The translations under genes were made by a program, and so were the position numbers. From Myxococcota bacterium (GTDB lineage: Bacteria > Myxococcota_A > SURF-8 > G963663525): a DNA stretch of 64,000 bases. Positions within the stretch are counted from its first letter, which is position 1; each line of letters opens with the position of its first letter. This document shows, one piece after another, positions 49,221-59,168 of the stretch. Under the pieces are notes generated by a model, which was given only the letters and a program-made list of their open reading frames with translations, ran no database searches and had not been told where the DNA came from. The stretch is from positions 9,441 to 73,440 of the forward strand of contig CAXXVK010000057.1 of assembly GCA_963676915.2 (NCBI GenBank), written 5' to 3'.

Positions 49221-50411
49221 ATGATTAAGCCTCATGGATCCGAAACTCTGAACCTGCTGTACGTCGAGGATGATGCCAAACGCGCCGAGCTGGAAAAAGA
49301 AGCCGCCGGACTGCCTTCTATCGTCGTTTCCTCGCCCGCAGCCGCCAACGCCGTCATGATGGGTAGTGGCTACTTCAACCCGCTGACCGGTTACATGAAT
49401 GTCGCCGATGGTATGTCCTGCGCCGGTCGCATGACCACCCAGGACGGCCTGTTCTTCCCCGTGCCGGTGATGAACCTTGTCAACGACATTTCCGCGATCA
49501 AAGACGCCAAGCGCATCGCTCTGCTGGACCCGAACGTGGACGGAAACCCCGTGCTCGCCATCCAGACCGTCGAAGCCATCGAAGAAGTCACCGACGCGCA
49601 GATGGCCTACATGACCGATAAAGTCTACCGCACCGACGACGAAGCCCACCCGGGCGTCAAAGCCTTCAACAGCCAGGGCAAATTCGCCGTTTCCGGTCCG
49701 ATCGAAGTGCTGAACTACTCCTACTTCGCCACCGACTTCCCCGGCACCTTCAAAACCGCCAAGGAAATCCGCGATCAGATCGAAGCCAACGGCTGGAACA
49801 ACATCTGTGCCTTCCAGACCCGTAACCCGATGCACCGCGCCCACGAAGAGCTGGTTCGTATGTGCATGGATCGTTGCGAATGCGACGGTGCCGTGATTCA
49901 CATGCTGCTCGGCAAACTGAAAGCCGGCGACATTCCCGCCGACGTGCGCGACGCCGCCATCCGCAAGATGGTCGAACTGTACTTCCCGCCCAACAGCGTG
50001 GAAATCACCGGATACGGCTTCGACATGCTGTACGCCGGTCCCCGTGAAGCCGTGTTGCACGCGCTGTTCCGCCAGAACATGGGCTGCACCTGGTTGATCG
50101 TCGGCCGCGACCACGCCGGTGTCGGCGACTACTACGGCCCCTTCGACGCCCAAGACATCTTCGATTACGAAGTGCCCGTCGGAGCGATGGAAATCAAGAT
50201 TTTCAAGGCCGACCACACCGCGTACAGCCGTGAGCTGAACCAAGTGATCATGCTTCGCGAAGCCCCTGAAGGCCACAAGAAGGAAAGCTTTGTCTTCCTG
50301 TCCGGCACCAAGGTCCGCGAAATGCTGTCCAACGGCGAAGACCTGCCGGTCGAATTCGCCCGCCCCGAAGTGGCCAAGATCCTGGGTGAATACTACCAGT
50401 CGATCAAATAA
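49221..50411 (+). CDS. sat: Sulfate adenylyltransferase (ATP sulfurylase)
   Basis: AFQTRNPMHRAHE, GRDHAGVG and LSGTKVR motifs; ATG 49221 after AGGAG. Confidence 0.96.
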   Translation: MIKPHGSETLNLLYVEDDAKRAELEKEAAGLPSIVVSSPAAANAVMMGSGYFNPLTGYMNVADGMSCAGRMTTQDGLFFPVPVMNLVNDISAIKDAKRIALLDPNVDGNPVLAIQTVEAIEEVTDAQMAYMTDKVYRTDDEAHPGVKAFNSQGKFAVSGPIEVLNYSYFATDFPGTFKTAKEIRDQIEANGWNNICAFQTRNPMHRAHEELVRMCMDRCECDGAVIHMLLGKLKAGDIPADVRDAAIRKMVELYFPPNSVEITGYGFDMLYAGPREAVLHALFRQNMGCTWLIVGRDHAGVGDYYGPFDAQDIFDYEVPVGAMEIKIFKADHTAYSRELNQVIMLREAPEGHKKESFVFLSGTKVREMLSNGEDLPVEFARPEVAKILGEYYQSIK

Positions 50412-50436
50412 TTCCACTTCAGGAATTCAGTGAATG

Positions 50437-50467
50437 AACGGGACGTCGAAAGGCGTCCCGTTTTTTT
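50437..50467 (+). terminator. Rho-independent terminator after sat
   Basis: AACGGGACGTC GAAA GGCGTCCCG followed by T7. Confidence 0.88.
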
Positions 50468-50488
50468 GTGGGAAGTTTTTACGAAATT

Positions 50489-50668
50489 TAGCCCGCATTA
50501 TTCATGAAAATCGTAGCGAGACGCCGGAAATCGAAGATATTTCATGACGTTGGAGCGATTTTTACCCGCAGGCATACTGAACAGTCTGTCGAGGATGAAA
50601 ATCGGGAAACAAGTGAAAGATCGAGGATTTTCAAGTCGTAGCAGATTCTTCATGAATTATGCGGGTTA
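50489..50668. mobile_element. ~180-bp MITE bounded by TA
   Basis: TAGCCCGCATTATTCATGAAAATC versus GATTCTTCATGAATTATGCGGGTTA imperfect TIRs; no ORF. Confidence 0.75.
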
Positions 50669-50687
50669 GGTGGTTGGGTATCGACCC

Positions 50688-50760
50688 GAAGGGTGCTTAT
50701 GGATTTCGTTCGACCACGGGCAAGCGAACGTTTCACGTCGCTTCGCCCGTGTCCCCCTTT
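50688..50760. repeat. Partial family D REPIN copy
   Basis: TCGTTCGACCACGGGCAAGCGAACGTTTCACGTCGCTT closely matches 9462-9499; keeps the GAAGGGTG left end. Confidence 0.7.
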
Positions 50761-50956
50761 GTTTTCAGGGGTTCCCATCGATAACGCCAAATCATAACGG
50801 CGAAACAAGAAATATCTCAAGATTTCGTGCTTTTTCAATTTCTGCCCATGAGGGGCGCTCTGGAACTTGACCCTCCTGCTTAAACGAGCTATATGCAGAT
50901 TTCTCGGATTTTGTTTTTTATTTGGGGATTCGCTTCCATCCAAGAAAGGAACCGCC

Positions 50957-51901
50957 GTGAATTTCCAGGATGTGATTTTGTCGTTGCAGAAATTCTGGAG
51001 TGAGCAAGGATGCCTGGTCGTCCAGCCTCACGATGTGGAAACCGGGGCCGGAACTTTTAACCCGCATACCTTCCTTCGCTCTATCGGTCCCGAACCCTGG
51101 AAGGCTGCTTACGTCGAGCCGTCCCGCCGTCCCACCGACGGACGATACGGCGAAAATCCCAACCGGATGCGGCGTTTCTACCAGTTTCAGGTTTTGTTGA
51201 AACCCTCTCCACTACACGTTCAGGAACTGTATCTCGATTCCATGCGAGCATTGGGGCTGGACCCGTTGCAGCACGATGTGCGTTTCGTCGAGGACGACTG
51301 GGAGTCTCCGACGCTGGGTGCTTGGGGATTGGGTTGGGAAGTCTGGATCGATGGTATGGAGATTTCTCAGTTTACCTATTTCCAGCAGGTTGGCGGGATG
51401 GACTTGCGGCCCGTCAGCGCCGAGTTGACCTACGGTCTCGAACGCATCGCCATGTATCTGCAAAACGTGGACAACGTATATGACCTGGTGTATTCGCCGG
51501 GCGTGACCTACGGCGACGTTCACCACCGGGATGAAATCGAGTGGAGCCGCTTCAATTTCGATGCCCAGAACACTAAGTTGCAATTCGAACTGTTCGATCG
51601 CTACGAAAAAGAATGCGAACGGTTGCTGACGCAAGATCTCGTGCTCCCGGCCAACGATTTCGCTCTGAAAAGCTCCCATGCTTTCAATCTGCTCGACGCG
51701 GCCGGAGCCATCAGCGTAACCGAACGCCAGCACTATATCGCACGGGTAAGAAAACTTTCGCGGGGTTGCGCCGAAGGATGGGCGCTGTTGCGTCACAAGA
51801 TGGGCTATCCGCTGATGGGCGAGCAACGCGACCCGGAAGTGCTGGAACACTGGGACCGCATCGTGGCCCGTCTGGAGAAAAAACGCGCGAAACAAGGCTG
51901 A
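50957..51901 (+). CDS. glyQ: Glycine--tRNA ligase alpha subunit
   Basis: [34 protein letters not shown] and TYGLER motifs; GTG start after AAAGGA. Confidence 0.97.
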   Translation: MNFQDVILSLQKFWSEQGCLVVQPHDVETGAGTFNPHTFLRSIGPEPWKAAYVEPSRRPTDGRYGENPNRMRRFYQFQVLLKPSPLHVQELYLDSMRALGLDPLQHDVRFVEDDWESPTLGAWGLGWEVWIDGMEISQFTYFQQVGGMDLRPVSAELTYGLERIAMYLQNVDNVYDLVYSPGVTYGDVHHRDEIEWSRFNFDAQNTKLQFELFDRYEKECERLLTQDLVLPANDFALKSSHAFNLLDAAGAISVTERQHYIARVRKLSRGCAEGWALLRHKMGYPLMGEQRDPEVLEHWDRIVARLEKKRAKQG

Positions 51902-51934
51902 AACGCCTGAAAATACGAAAGAAAGGGGTGCGAC

Positions 51935-53998
51935 GTGCCCGAACTGATTTTCGAAATCGGCAGTGAGGAAATTCCCGCCGGGATGATCGGCCCGGCTTTA
52001 GACTTCATGGCGGACGAGATCCGAAAGAAACTCGGTGATGCCCACCTGGAATGCGGTGAGATTACCACTTTCGGTACGCCGAGGCGGCTGGGATTCGTCC
52101 TGGACGGACTGGCGGCGGCGCAGGCCGACCGCGAAGAGACCGCCACCGGACCGAAAGTGCAATTCGCCTACGATTCCGAAGGCTTGCCGACAAAAGCCGC
52201 CCAGGGATTTGCTCGGGGACAGGGCGTTCCGGTAGAGGATCTGATCCGGGTGGAAACGCCGAAAGGCGAGTGCGTTGCTGCACAGAAAACGGTGAAAGGC
52301 AAACCGACCGGAGAGATTCTGGCCGAGATTCTGCCGCAGATGGTTCGACGCATTCCGTTTAGAAAATCCATGCGTTGGTCGGATCGCGCCGAAAGTTTTG
52401 TACGTCCCGTGCATTGGATCGTCGCCCTGTTCGATAAGCAGGTTGTGCCGTTCGAGTTTGCAGGCATCGCCTCGGGTCATCAGAGCCGTGGACATCGCTT
52501 TATGTGCCCGGAATCTTTCGATGTCGGGTCGGCCAAAGAATTTCTGGCGACTCTACCCGAAGTTCGCGTACTGCCCGATCCCGAGGAGCGTGTGAGACAA
52601 GTTACCGAAACCACGAAAGAATTGGCGAAAAAAGCCGGTGGAAAACCGGTGGTCGAAGAGGCATTGCTGCGGGAAATCGCCAACCTCGTGGAGTATCCGT
52701 TTGGACAGGTGGGATATTTCGACGAAGCGTTTACCGAGGTTCCAAAAGAAATCCTCATCGATTCGATGACGAGTCACCAGCGTTACATTCCTATCGTTCG
52801 CGAGGATGGAAAGCTGCTGCCTTGCTTCGTGATGTTCAACAATACCGAAGTTGCCGACCCCGAGGTTTCCGTTGCAGGAAATCAACGGGTGCTGCGTGCC
52901 CGGTTGGCAGATGCCCGATATTTTTACGAAACCGACAGTAAAAAGAAGCTCGAAGATTTTTCCGGGGGACTGGCCAAGGTGACGTTCCAGGAAAAACTAG
53001 GGTCCATCGGCGACAAAATCGCCCGGATGCGTGGTTTGCTGGAATTTCTCGCTCCCCTGTGCGCCCCCGAAACTCTTGAAAACGCTTCGCGTGCCAACGA
53101 ACTGTGCAAGGCCGATCTCAATACTTTGGTCGTCAACGAATTCCCGGACTTGCAAGGCATCATGGGGCGGATTTATGCCACGAAAGACGGCGAGGCTGGG
53201 GAAGTCTGTCAGGCGATCGAGGAGCACTATCGGCCACGTTTCGCCCAGGACGAAATCCCCGAAACCACGGTGGGAGCGCTCGTGGCGATGGCGGACAAAA
53301 TGGACACCATCTGCGGTTGTTTCGGTGTCGGCCTGATTCCTTCCGGTACGGCGGACCCCTACGCCCTGCGTCGGGCCGCACTCGGCGTGCTGCGTATTCT
53401 GTCGGGCAAGGGTTGGAAGATCGATCTGCCCGAATTCATTCATGTTTCCGTAGAAAAGGTTGGTGAAAAACTCACCCGTCCGGCGGATGATGTCGAAACG
53501 GACGTCAAAGCCTTTTTCGAGATGCGTTTCAGAAATATGGTTTCCGCGCAATACCCGCAGGACATCGTGGACGGCGTTTGCTCGGCCCGTTTCGTCTCGC
53601 CGGTCAATGTTCTTCAACGAATTCAAGCTCTTGCAGATTTCCGGGGTCGCGAAGGTTTCGAGGATCTGGCGATGGCCTTCAAGCGCGTGATGAACATTCT
53701 CAAGGAAGATCCCGGTGTGGAAGTCGATCCCGGATTGTTCGATCAGGAAGCCGAGACTTTATTGCACGATGCGGCAAAAGGAATCGCCGACCGTATAGAG
53801 GGTTGGGTGAACGAAGGAAAATTCCTGGACGTGCTCGAAGCTCTGGCGACGTTGAAAGCTCCGGTAGATCGGTTCTTCGACGACGTACTGGTCATGGACA
53901 AGGACGAAGCGAAAAAGAACAACCGCCTGGCGCTCTTGGGTTTCGTTGCCAAAATGCTCAATACGATTGCAGATTTCCGCAAGCTCGGTACGGAATAG
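51935..53998 (+). CDS. glyS: Glycine--tRNA ligase beta subunit
   Basis: EIGSEEIP, TPRRL, FVRPVHWI, EFPDLQG, DPYALRR and NNRLALL motifs. Confidence 0.97.
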   Translation: MPELIFEIGSEEIPAGMIGPALDFMADEIRKKLGDAHLECGEITTFGTPRRLGFVLDGLAAAQADREETATGPKVQFAYDSEGLPTKAAQGFARGQGVPVEDLIRVETPKGECVAAQKTVKGKPTGEILAEILPQMVRRIPFRKSMRWSDRAESFVRPVHWIVALFDKQVVPFEFAGIASGHQSRGHRFMCPESFDVGSAKEFLATLPEVRVLPDPEERVRQVTETTKELAKKAGGKPVVEEALLREIANLVEYPFGQVGYFDEAFTEVPKEILIDSMTSHQRYIPIVREDGKLLPCFVMFNNTEVADPEVSVAGNQRVLRARLADARYFYETDSKKKLEDFSGGLAKVTFQEKLGSIGDKIARMRGLLEFLAPLCAPETLENASRANELCKADLNTLVVNEFPDLQGIMGRIYATKDGEAGEVCQAIEEHYRPRFAQDEIPETTVGALVAMADKMDTICGCFGVGLIPSGTADPYALRRAALGVLRILSGKGWKIDLPEFIHVSVEKVGEKLTRPADDVETDVKAFFEMRFRNMVSAQYPQDIVDGVCSARFVSPVNVLQRIQALADFRGREGFEDLAMAFKRVMNILKEDPGVEVDPGLFDQEAETLLHDAAKGIADRIEGWVNEGKFLDVLEALATLKAPVDRFFDDVLVMDKDEAKKNNRLALLGFVAKMLNTIADFRKLGTE

Positions 53999-54419
53999 GC
54001 GTTTTCAAGCAATCTCGGTTCGTCGATAGATCAAATTCACAATCTGGGAACCGCTTGAAAGAAAAGACGCCGTTTTTTTAAAAAAAGTTCATGCTTTTTC
54101 CCAAAGTGTGAAACCAAAAAGAGGGGAGAGGATTCACCGAATCCTCATGTGTAGTACGCGAAAATTCCTTGGAAATTCCAGGGGGCTGCGCTACACTCCT
54201 TCGACATTTATTTGCACGAACCTTTCATTTGGAAATGGTGTGTTTCGAAACGTTTCTACGGTGACCTGAAAAGGGGGAAAAGATCCGTGGAGATCACGGG
54301 CCGATTCTTCGGGTATCGTGACTCGACAAACGGACCGAGAACGAATTCACTCTGACATTTCATGATGAAAGATTCGAAAGGGTATACTCCCCACTGTTTC
54401 TGTTAGCGAGGAGAAGTCA

Positions 54420-56024
54420 TTGAATACGCAATGTTCTATCAGCCCGGACGGGCGAGAATTTCCGCTTCCCGGACCCGAAGATTACAAAGCGGAATGGGAA
54501 CGATTACAGGGTATCGCCGCCCGCGAGCGGGAAGCCGGTAAAGAAATCGTTGTCGTGATGGGAATGGGTTTCGTAGGCATCGTCATGGCGGCGGTGATCG
54601 CGGATGCCGAACCGACCAACGGCAAAAAGAAATTCGTTTTCGGTCTGCAACGACCTTCGCCTCGTTCCTACTGGAAAATTCCCGTGCTCAACGACGGGGA
54701 AAATCCGCTGTCCACCGAAGATCCCGAAGTCGGGGAAATCCTCGACCGGATGACGAATCAGAAAAAATCGTTCACGTCGACCTATCACGAAGAAGTACTG
54801 AAACTGGCCGATGCCGTGGTTGTGGACGTCCAATGCGACCTGAAAAAGTCCAAACTGGGCAAAGTCGAGGATTCTTACGTCGAAATGGGTGCGTTTCGCA
54901 ACGCGATTCGTACCATCGGCGAGTTCATCGACCCCAAAGCGCTGGTGTTGATCGAAACCACCGTTCCTCCCGGAACCACCGAAAAAGTGGTCGAGCCGAT
55001 CATCCGCCGCGTGTTCAAACGGCGCGGAATTCATACCTCACCGGTGGTAGCTCACTCGTACGAACGCGTGATGCCGGGACGCAACTACGTTTCCTCCATT
55101 CGTGATTTCTGGCGGGTCTGCGCCGGAATCAATAGCGAAAGCCGTGGGCGCTGCGTCAGCTTCCTGGAAGACGTGCTCAACACCGAAAAATGCCCATTGA
55201 GCGTGCTGGATACCCCGCTGGAATCCGAGACGGCCAAAGTTATGGAAAACTCTTTCCGTGCCGTTTGTATCGCATTCAGCGCGGAATGGGGCGAGTTTGC
55301 CGAGCAGGTGGGCGTCGATATCAACAAGGTGCTCGAAGCCATCCGCAAGCGTCCGACCCACAAAAACATTCTGTTCTCCGGACCGGGCGTCGGCGGCTAC
55401 TGTCTGCCCAAAGACGGCGGTTTCGGCATGTGGGCGCACAAGAATTTCTTCGGTGCCAGTGAAAACATTTTCAAACTCACGCCTCAGGCCATCGACATCA
55501 ACGATACCCGAGGATACCACGTGGCCGACCTCGTGGAACGCGCCCTGGCGGAACTGGGCGATCAGGTGGAAGGCTCCCGCGTCGCCCTGCTGGGCTGCGC
55601 CTATCGTGAAGACGTGGGCGATACCCGCTATTCGGCAAGTGAGCTGGTGGTTCGCCGTCTGGCCGAGTTGAAAGCCGAAGTCCGGGTACACGATCCTTAC
55701 GTCGAAGCCTGGCCCGAATTCGCCGAGCAGGACGAAGATCCTCACTCGCTGGCGCGGTTCTTCGAAAACCAGGATACGGTCAAAAACCTTCCGGTTCTCA
55801 AAGACCTGGAACAGTCGCTGGAAGCGGCCGATGCTATCGTGTTTGCCGTGCGGCACAGCCCCTATTTCGAGCTGGAACCGGAAAAAGTCATCGAGATCTG
55901 CGGCGGTCCGCTGGCTATCGTCGATTGCTTCGGCATTCTCAACGACGCGCAGATCCAGAAATACCTGGAGCTTGGCTGCTCGGTCCGCACCGTAAGTCGC
56001 GGTCACTTCAAACGACTGGTATAG
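54420..56024 (+). CDS. Nucleotide-sugar dehydrogenase (UDP-glucose/GDP-mannose dehydrogenase family)
   Basis: GMGFVG, ETTVPPGTT, ERVMPG, KVMEN and GPGVGGYCLPKD (catalytic Cys) motifs. Confidence 0.9.
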   Translation: MNTQCSISPDGREFPLPGPEDYKAEWERLQGIAAREREAGKEIVVVMGMGFVGIVMAAVIADAEPTNGKKKFVFGLQRPSPRSYWKIPVLNDGENPLSTEDPEVGEILDRMTNQKKSFTSTYHEEVLKLADAVVVDVQCDLKKSKLGKVEDSYVEMGAFRNAIRTIGEFIDPKALVLIETTVPPGTTEKVVEPIIRRVFKRRGIHTSPVVAHSYERVMPGRNYVSSIRDFWRVCAGINSESRGRCVSFLEDVLNTEKCPLSVLDTPLESETAKVMENSFRAVCIAFSAEWGEFAEQVGVDINKVLEAIRKRPTHKNILFSGPGVGGYCLPKDGGFGMWAHKNFFGASENIFKLTPQAIDINDTRGYHVADLVERALAELGDQVEGSRVALLGCAYREDVGDTRYSASELVVRRLAELKAEVRVHDPYVEAWPEFAEQDEDPHSLARFFENQDTVKNLPVLKDLEQSLEAADAIVFAVRHSPYFELEPEKVIEICGGPLAIVDCFGILNDAQIQKYLELGCSVRTVSRGHFKRLV

Positions 56025-56116
56025 TCAAGGAATCCATTTCATCCGTGGTTTCAACGGGCGGTCCTCGGATCGCCCGTTTTTTCGTAAAACCATGAAATTA
56101 ATTGTTTTTTGTAACG

Positions 56117-56707
56117 ATGAAAAACCTCTCGATCCATGAAACCGCTATCGTCGATTCGCCGGAAACCATTGGCGAAGGAACGAAGATCTGGCATTTCACG
56201 CATGTGATAGCCGGGGCGAAGATCGGTCCCGACTGCATGCTTGGCCAGAACGTTTATGTCGGTGGAGACGTTCGTTTGGGTCGGGGAGTGCGGATTCAAA
56301 ACGGAGTCAACGTTTTCGATGGAGTCACCTTGGACGATGACGTGTTTTGCGGTCCAGGGGTGACGTTTACCAACGTCAAACGTCCTCGAAGCTCCATTTC
56401 CCAAAAAGACCGGTACGAACGAACCCACGTCTGCCGTGGCGCGACGATCGGTGCGGGAACGGTGGTTGTGTGCGGGGTGACGATCGGTGAGTATGCATTG
56501 ATCGGTGCGGGCAGTGTCGTGACGCACGATGTACCCTCTCATGCGCTGGCGTTCGGACATCCAGCGAGCCTTCGAGGTTACGTTTGTCACTGTGGAGAAA
56601 ATCTCAAAGAGATCGAAGATTTATGGTATTGTGACACCTGTGGGGCGTCGTATCGTTTCGACTGTGATCAGCGTTTGAAACTCGTAGATCCAAACCAGGG
56701 GAGGTAG
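56117..56707 (+). CDS. Hexapeptide-repeat N-acetyltransferase (WbpD-like) with C-terminal Cys4 ribbon
   Basis: GTKIWHF, GQNV, IQNGV, CGPGVTFTN, PRS and GYVCHCG..CDTCG motifs. Confidence 0.88.
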   Translation: MKNLSIHETAIVDSPETIGEGTKIWHFTHVIAGAKIGPDCMLGQNVYVGGDVRLGRGVRIQNGVNVFDGVTLDDDVFCGPGVTFTNVKRPRSSISQKDRYERTHVCRGATIGAGTVVVCGVTIGEYALIGAGSVVTHDVPSHALAFGHPASLRGYVCHCGENLKEIEDLWYCDTCGASYRFDCDQRLKLVDPNQGR

Positions 56708-56709
56708 TC

Positions 56710-57270
56710 ATGCCATTTTCATTCGTTCCCGGAACGCTTCCGGGTGTAGTACGTGTGACGCCTGAAGTGTTCGAGGATCATCGAGGATTTTTTCTAGAAG
56801 CCTACAACGCTCGGGAGTTTCACGAAGCGGGAATTACCGCCGAATTCGTTCAGGACAACCATTCCTACTCGACTCGTGGCGTAGTGCGTGGACTGCACTA
56901 CCAGTTAAACCCCGCCGCTCAAGGCAAGCTGGTGCGAGTGGTGCAAGGTGAGGTTTTCGACGTGGCGGTGGATTTGCGCCAAGGCTCGCCGAGTTTCGGT
57001 CGTTGGGAAGCCTGTCGGCTAAGTGCCGAAAATCGTGAGATGTTCTGGATCCCCCCCGGATTCGCCCACGGGTTTCAGATCGTCAGTTCCGAAGCGCATG
57101 TCCTCTACAAAACGTCGGCTTTGTACGCACCGGAATGCGACCGGGGTATTTGTTGGGACGATCCCGAGATCGCTATCGACTGGCCGCTGGCCGACGCGAT
57201 TTTATCCGAAAAAGATCGTCGGCAGCCTTCGCTATCTGATGCGGAACTCAACTTTATTTTCGAAAAATAG
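56710..57270 (+). CDS. rfbC: dTDP-4-dehydrorhamnose 3,5-epimerase
   Basis: DHRGFF, QDNHS, RGLHYQ, QGKLVRV and GFAHGF motifs. Confidence 0.95.
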   Translation: MPFSFVPGTLPGVVRVTPEVFEDHRGFFLEAYNAREFHEAGITAEFVQDNHSYSTRGVVRGLHYQLNPAAQGKLVRVVQGEVFDVAVDLRQGSPSFGRWEACRLSAENREMFWIPPGFAHGFQIVSSEAHVLYKTSALYAPECDRGICWDDPEIAIDWPLADAILSEKDRRQPSLSDAELNFIFEK

Positions 57271-57285
57271 GGAAAATACGGCAAG

Positions 57286-58149
57286 TTACTGCTTGTGTTC
57301 CGGCAAAACCTCGGGAAAGGGAATCGGCTCGCGGTCGATGGCTTCCACGGCCAGAGAAAGAGCTTCTTCCTCCAGTCCTTTCATGGCTTTGATCAGAATA
57401 TCGAGGAAAATTCCGGGATAGAGACGCATGCTTTTCAGTCGGCGGGCGTCACGCACCGAAAGCGACGCCATGGCCACCCGTGCCATACGTGCCGGAGAAT
57501 AGGGGTTGCTGGCAATGGCCAGCCGCACGGTATAACGAAGGCTCCATTTACGGTTGAACCACACCGTTTCGATGATTTCCGGCAGGTTGGGACGCCTGGA
57601 AACGATGGTCAACACGTCGCGCTCCTGGATTTTCGGATGGAGCAGCAGGTTGCGAATCACCGACGGCTCGGGTTCGGCCAGCAATTTTTCAAGCATATCC
57701 GGGGAGCAGGAACGTGCCAGCGCCTTTTTTTCACCCAGCGCAATGTCTTTGATATCCTGGTAACCGGTGATTTCCTTTTTGGATACACGAGGTTGCGAGG
57801 ACGGCCCAAGCAGTTCGGCCGCAAAGATCAGGCCGTTTTCGTCGGCCTTTAGCGTGATGTCCCGCAGGCGATCGTTGGAAAAATGATCTCGCAATAAAGC
57901 GCCGTGGGAAAACGCCTCCAACAAAATGAGACTTGGACGGTCTTTGTGCAACGCACCGACGTACAGAGCTTCGATGGTGTATGCGACTTCGAGATTGTCG
58001 AAACGTTTGAGGTGAGATAAAAAGCGGTTCAGACGCATATCCGCTTCATGCAGGTTCGAAACCCGCTTCCAGGACATTCGGATAATTTCCTGACCGTCCA
58101 TCTTCCGCTTTCGCTTGATATTTTTCCCGGTCTTCGAGACAAATCCCAC
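57286..58149 (-). CDS. Conserved-type hypothetical protein with helical repeat-like C-terminus
   Basis: LGEKKALAR, SVIRNLLLHP and VRLAIASNPYSP segments; start may be 58101. Confidence 0.65.
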   Translation of the reverse strand: MGFVSKTGKNIKRKRKMDGQEIIRMSWKRVSNLHEADMRLNRFLSHLKRFDNLEVAYTIEALYVGALHKDRPSLILLEAFSHGALLRDHFSNDRLRDITLKADENGLIFAAELLGPSSQPRVSKKEITGYQDIKDIALGEKKALARSCSPDMLEKLLAEPEPSVIRNLLLHPKIQERDVLTIVSRRPNLPEIIETVWFNRKWSLRYTVRLAIASNPYSPARMARVAMASLSVRDARRLKSMRLYPGIFLDILIKAMKGLEEEALSLAVEAIDREPIPFPEVLPEHKQ

Positions 58150-58385
58150 CGAGACTGCATAATGTGAACGTACCGAGAAAATCCCTTTCCTCCATTGTAC
58201 TCAATTTACGGTCAAGTGCAACCGGTCCTTCGATTCAGTATCGTTTGTGCAGTAAGTTCCGCAAAGAAACCTCCGAATTTACCGGAGGAAATGAATGAAT
58301 TTACCCTGGATTTTTCAAAACTTAAGAAAATATTCAGGTTTTTGCGCAAGAATGGGTCGGCTTGGAAGGAATGGAGGTAATCGCT

Positions 58386-59165
58386 ATGCGTTGGTTGAAT
58401 TTTGTCTCCATTTTACTATCCATCACGGCTTTGGTCGTGGTGCTATGGAACGATTCGGCTCCCGAAACATCGACGGAAAATTTTGGAGCTTCCGCAACTT
58501 TGCGTTCGAAGCATGAAAGAGGTCGTTCCCGGGGACGTTCGGAAGGACACGCCTACGATTCGGAAACACGCTTCGGCATGGTCGAGTCGGTGATGTCGGG
58601 TCTCGTACAGCGTGTAGATGCTTTGGAGGGTCGTGGCGTGGGCGGCGAAGGTCTGGCCGTCGAAGACGGCACAGGAGACTGCCGACAACAAATCGAGGAA
58701 TTGCGCAATATCCTGAACGCACTCCAGTCCGAAAAAGCGCTTGAATCGGAAGATGGATTCAAACGCTTCAAGCAGGCGGTTCGGATGGTGCAGGATGAAG
58801 TGTTCCAAGACCGGATGCAAGAGCGTCGAAAGGCCGAAGATCAGCATCGCGCCGAAGGGATCGCCGAATTTTCCGAAAACGCCAACCTTTCCGCGAGTCA
58901 GGAAGAAGAACTCAAAGAAATCCTCGACAAAGAAGCTCAACAGCGACAGCAGATGTTCGAGCAGATGCGTTCCCGACGGCTCAGACCCGAAGAAATGCGA
59001 GAAGCATTGTCGCAGTTGCGAGATAAAACGGACGAAGCCGCCCAAAACGTGCTGGATGGCGAGCAGATGGACATGTTCCTGGAAACTCGCGAAGAAGATC
59101 CCCACGTTTTTGGGATGGGCGGACCAGGCGGTCCTGGCGGTCCGGGTGGGCCGCCACCTCGGTAA
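58386..59165 (+). CDS. Membrane-anchored helical hypothetical protein with a (GGP)n tail
   Basis: GGAGG RBS; N-terminal TM; coiled coil; LSASQEEELKEIL (Spy/CpxP-like); GGPGGPGGPGGPPPR tail. Confidence 0.7.
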   Translation: MRWLNFVSILLSITALVVVLWNDSAPETSTENFGASATLRSKHERGRSRGRSEGHAYDSETRFGMVESVMSGLVQRVDALEGRGVGGEGLAVEDGTGDCRQQIEELRNILNALQSEKALESEDGFKRFKQAVRMVQDEVFQDRMQERRKAEDQHRAEGIAEFSENANLSASQEEELKEILDKEAQQRQQMFEQMRSRRLRPEEMREALSQLRDKTDEAAQNVLDGEQMDMFLETREEDPHVFGMGGPGGPGGPGGPPPR

Positions 59166-59168
59166 TTT

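Noticed and set aside
53999-54419. Structured RNA between glyS and the sugar cluster
   Set aside because: Only short hairpins; no tRNA, SRP, 6S or T-box signature recognised.
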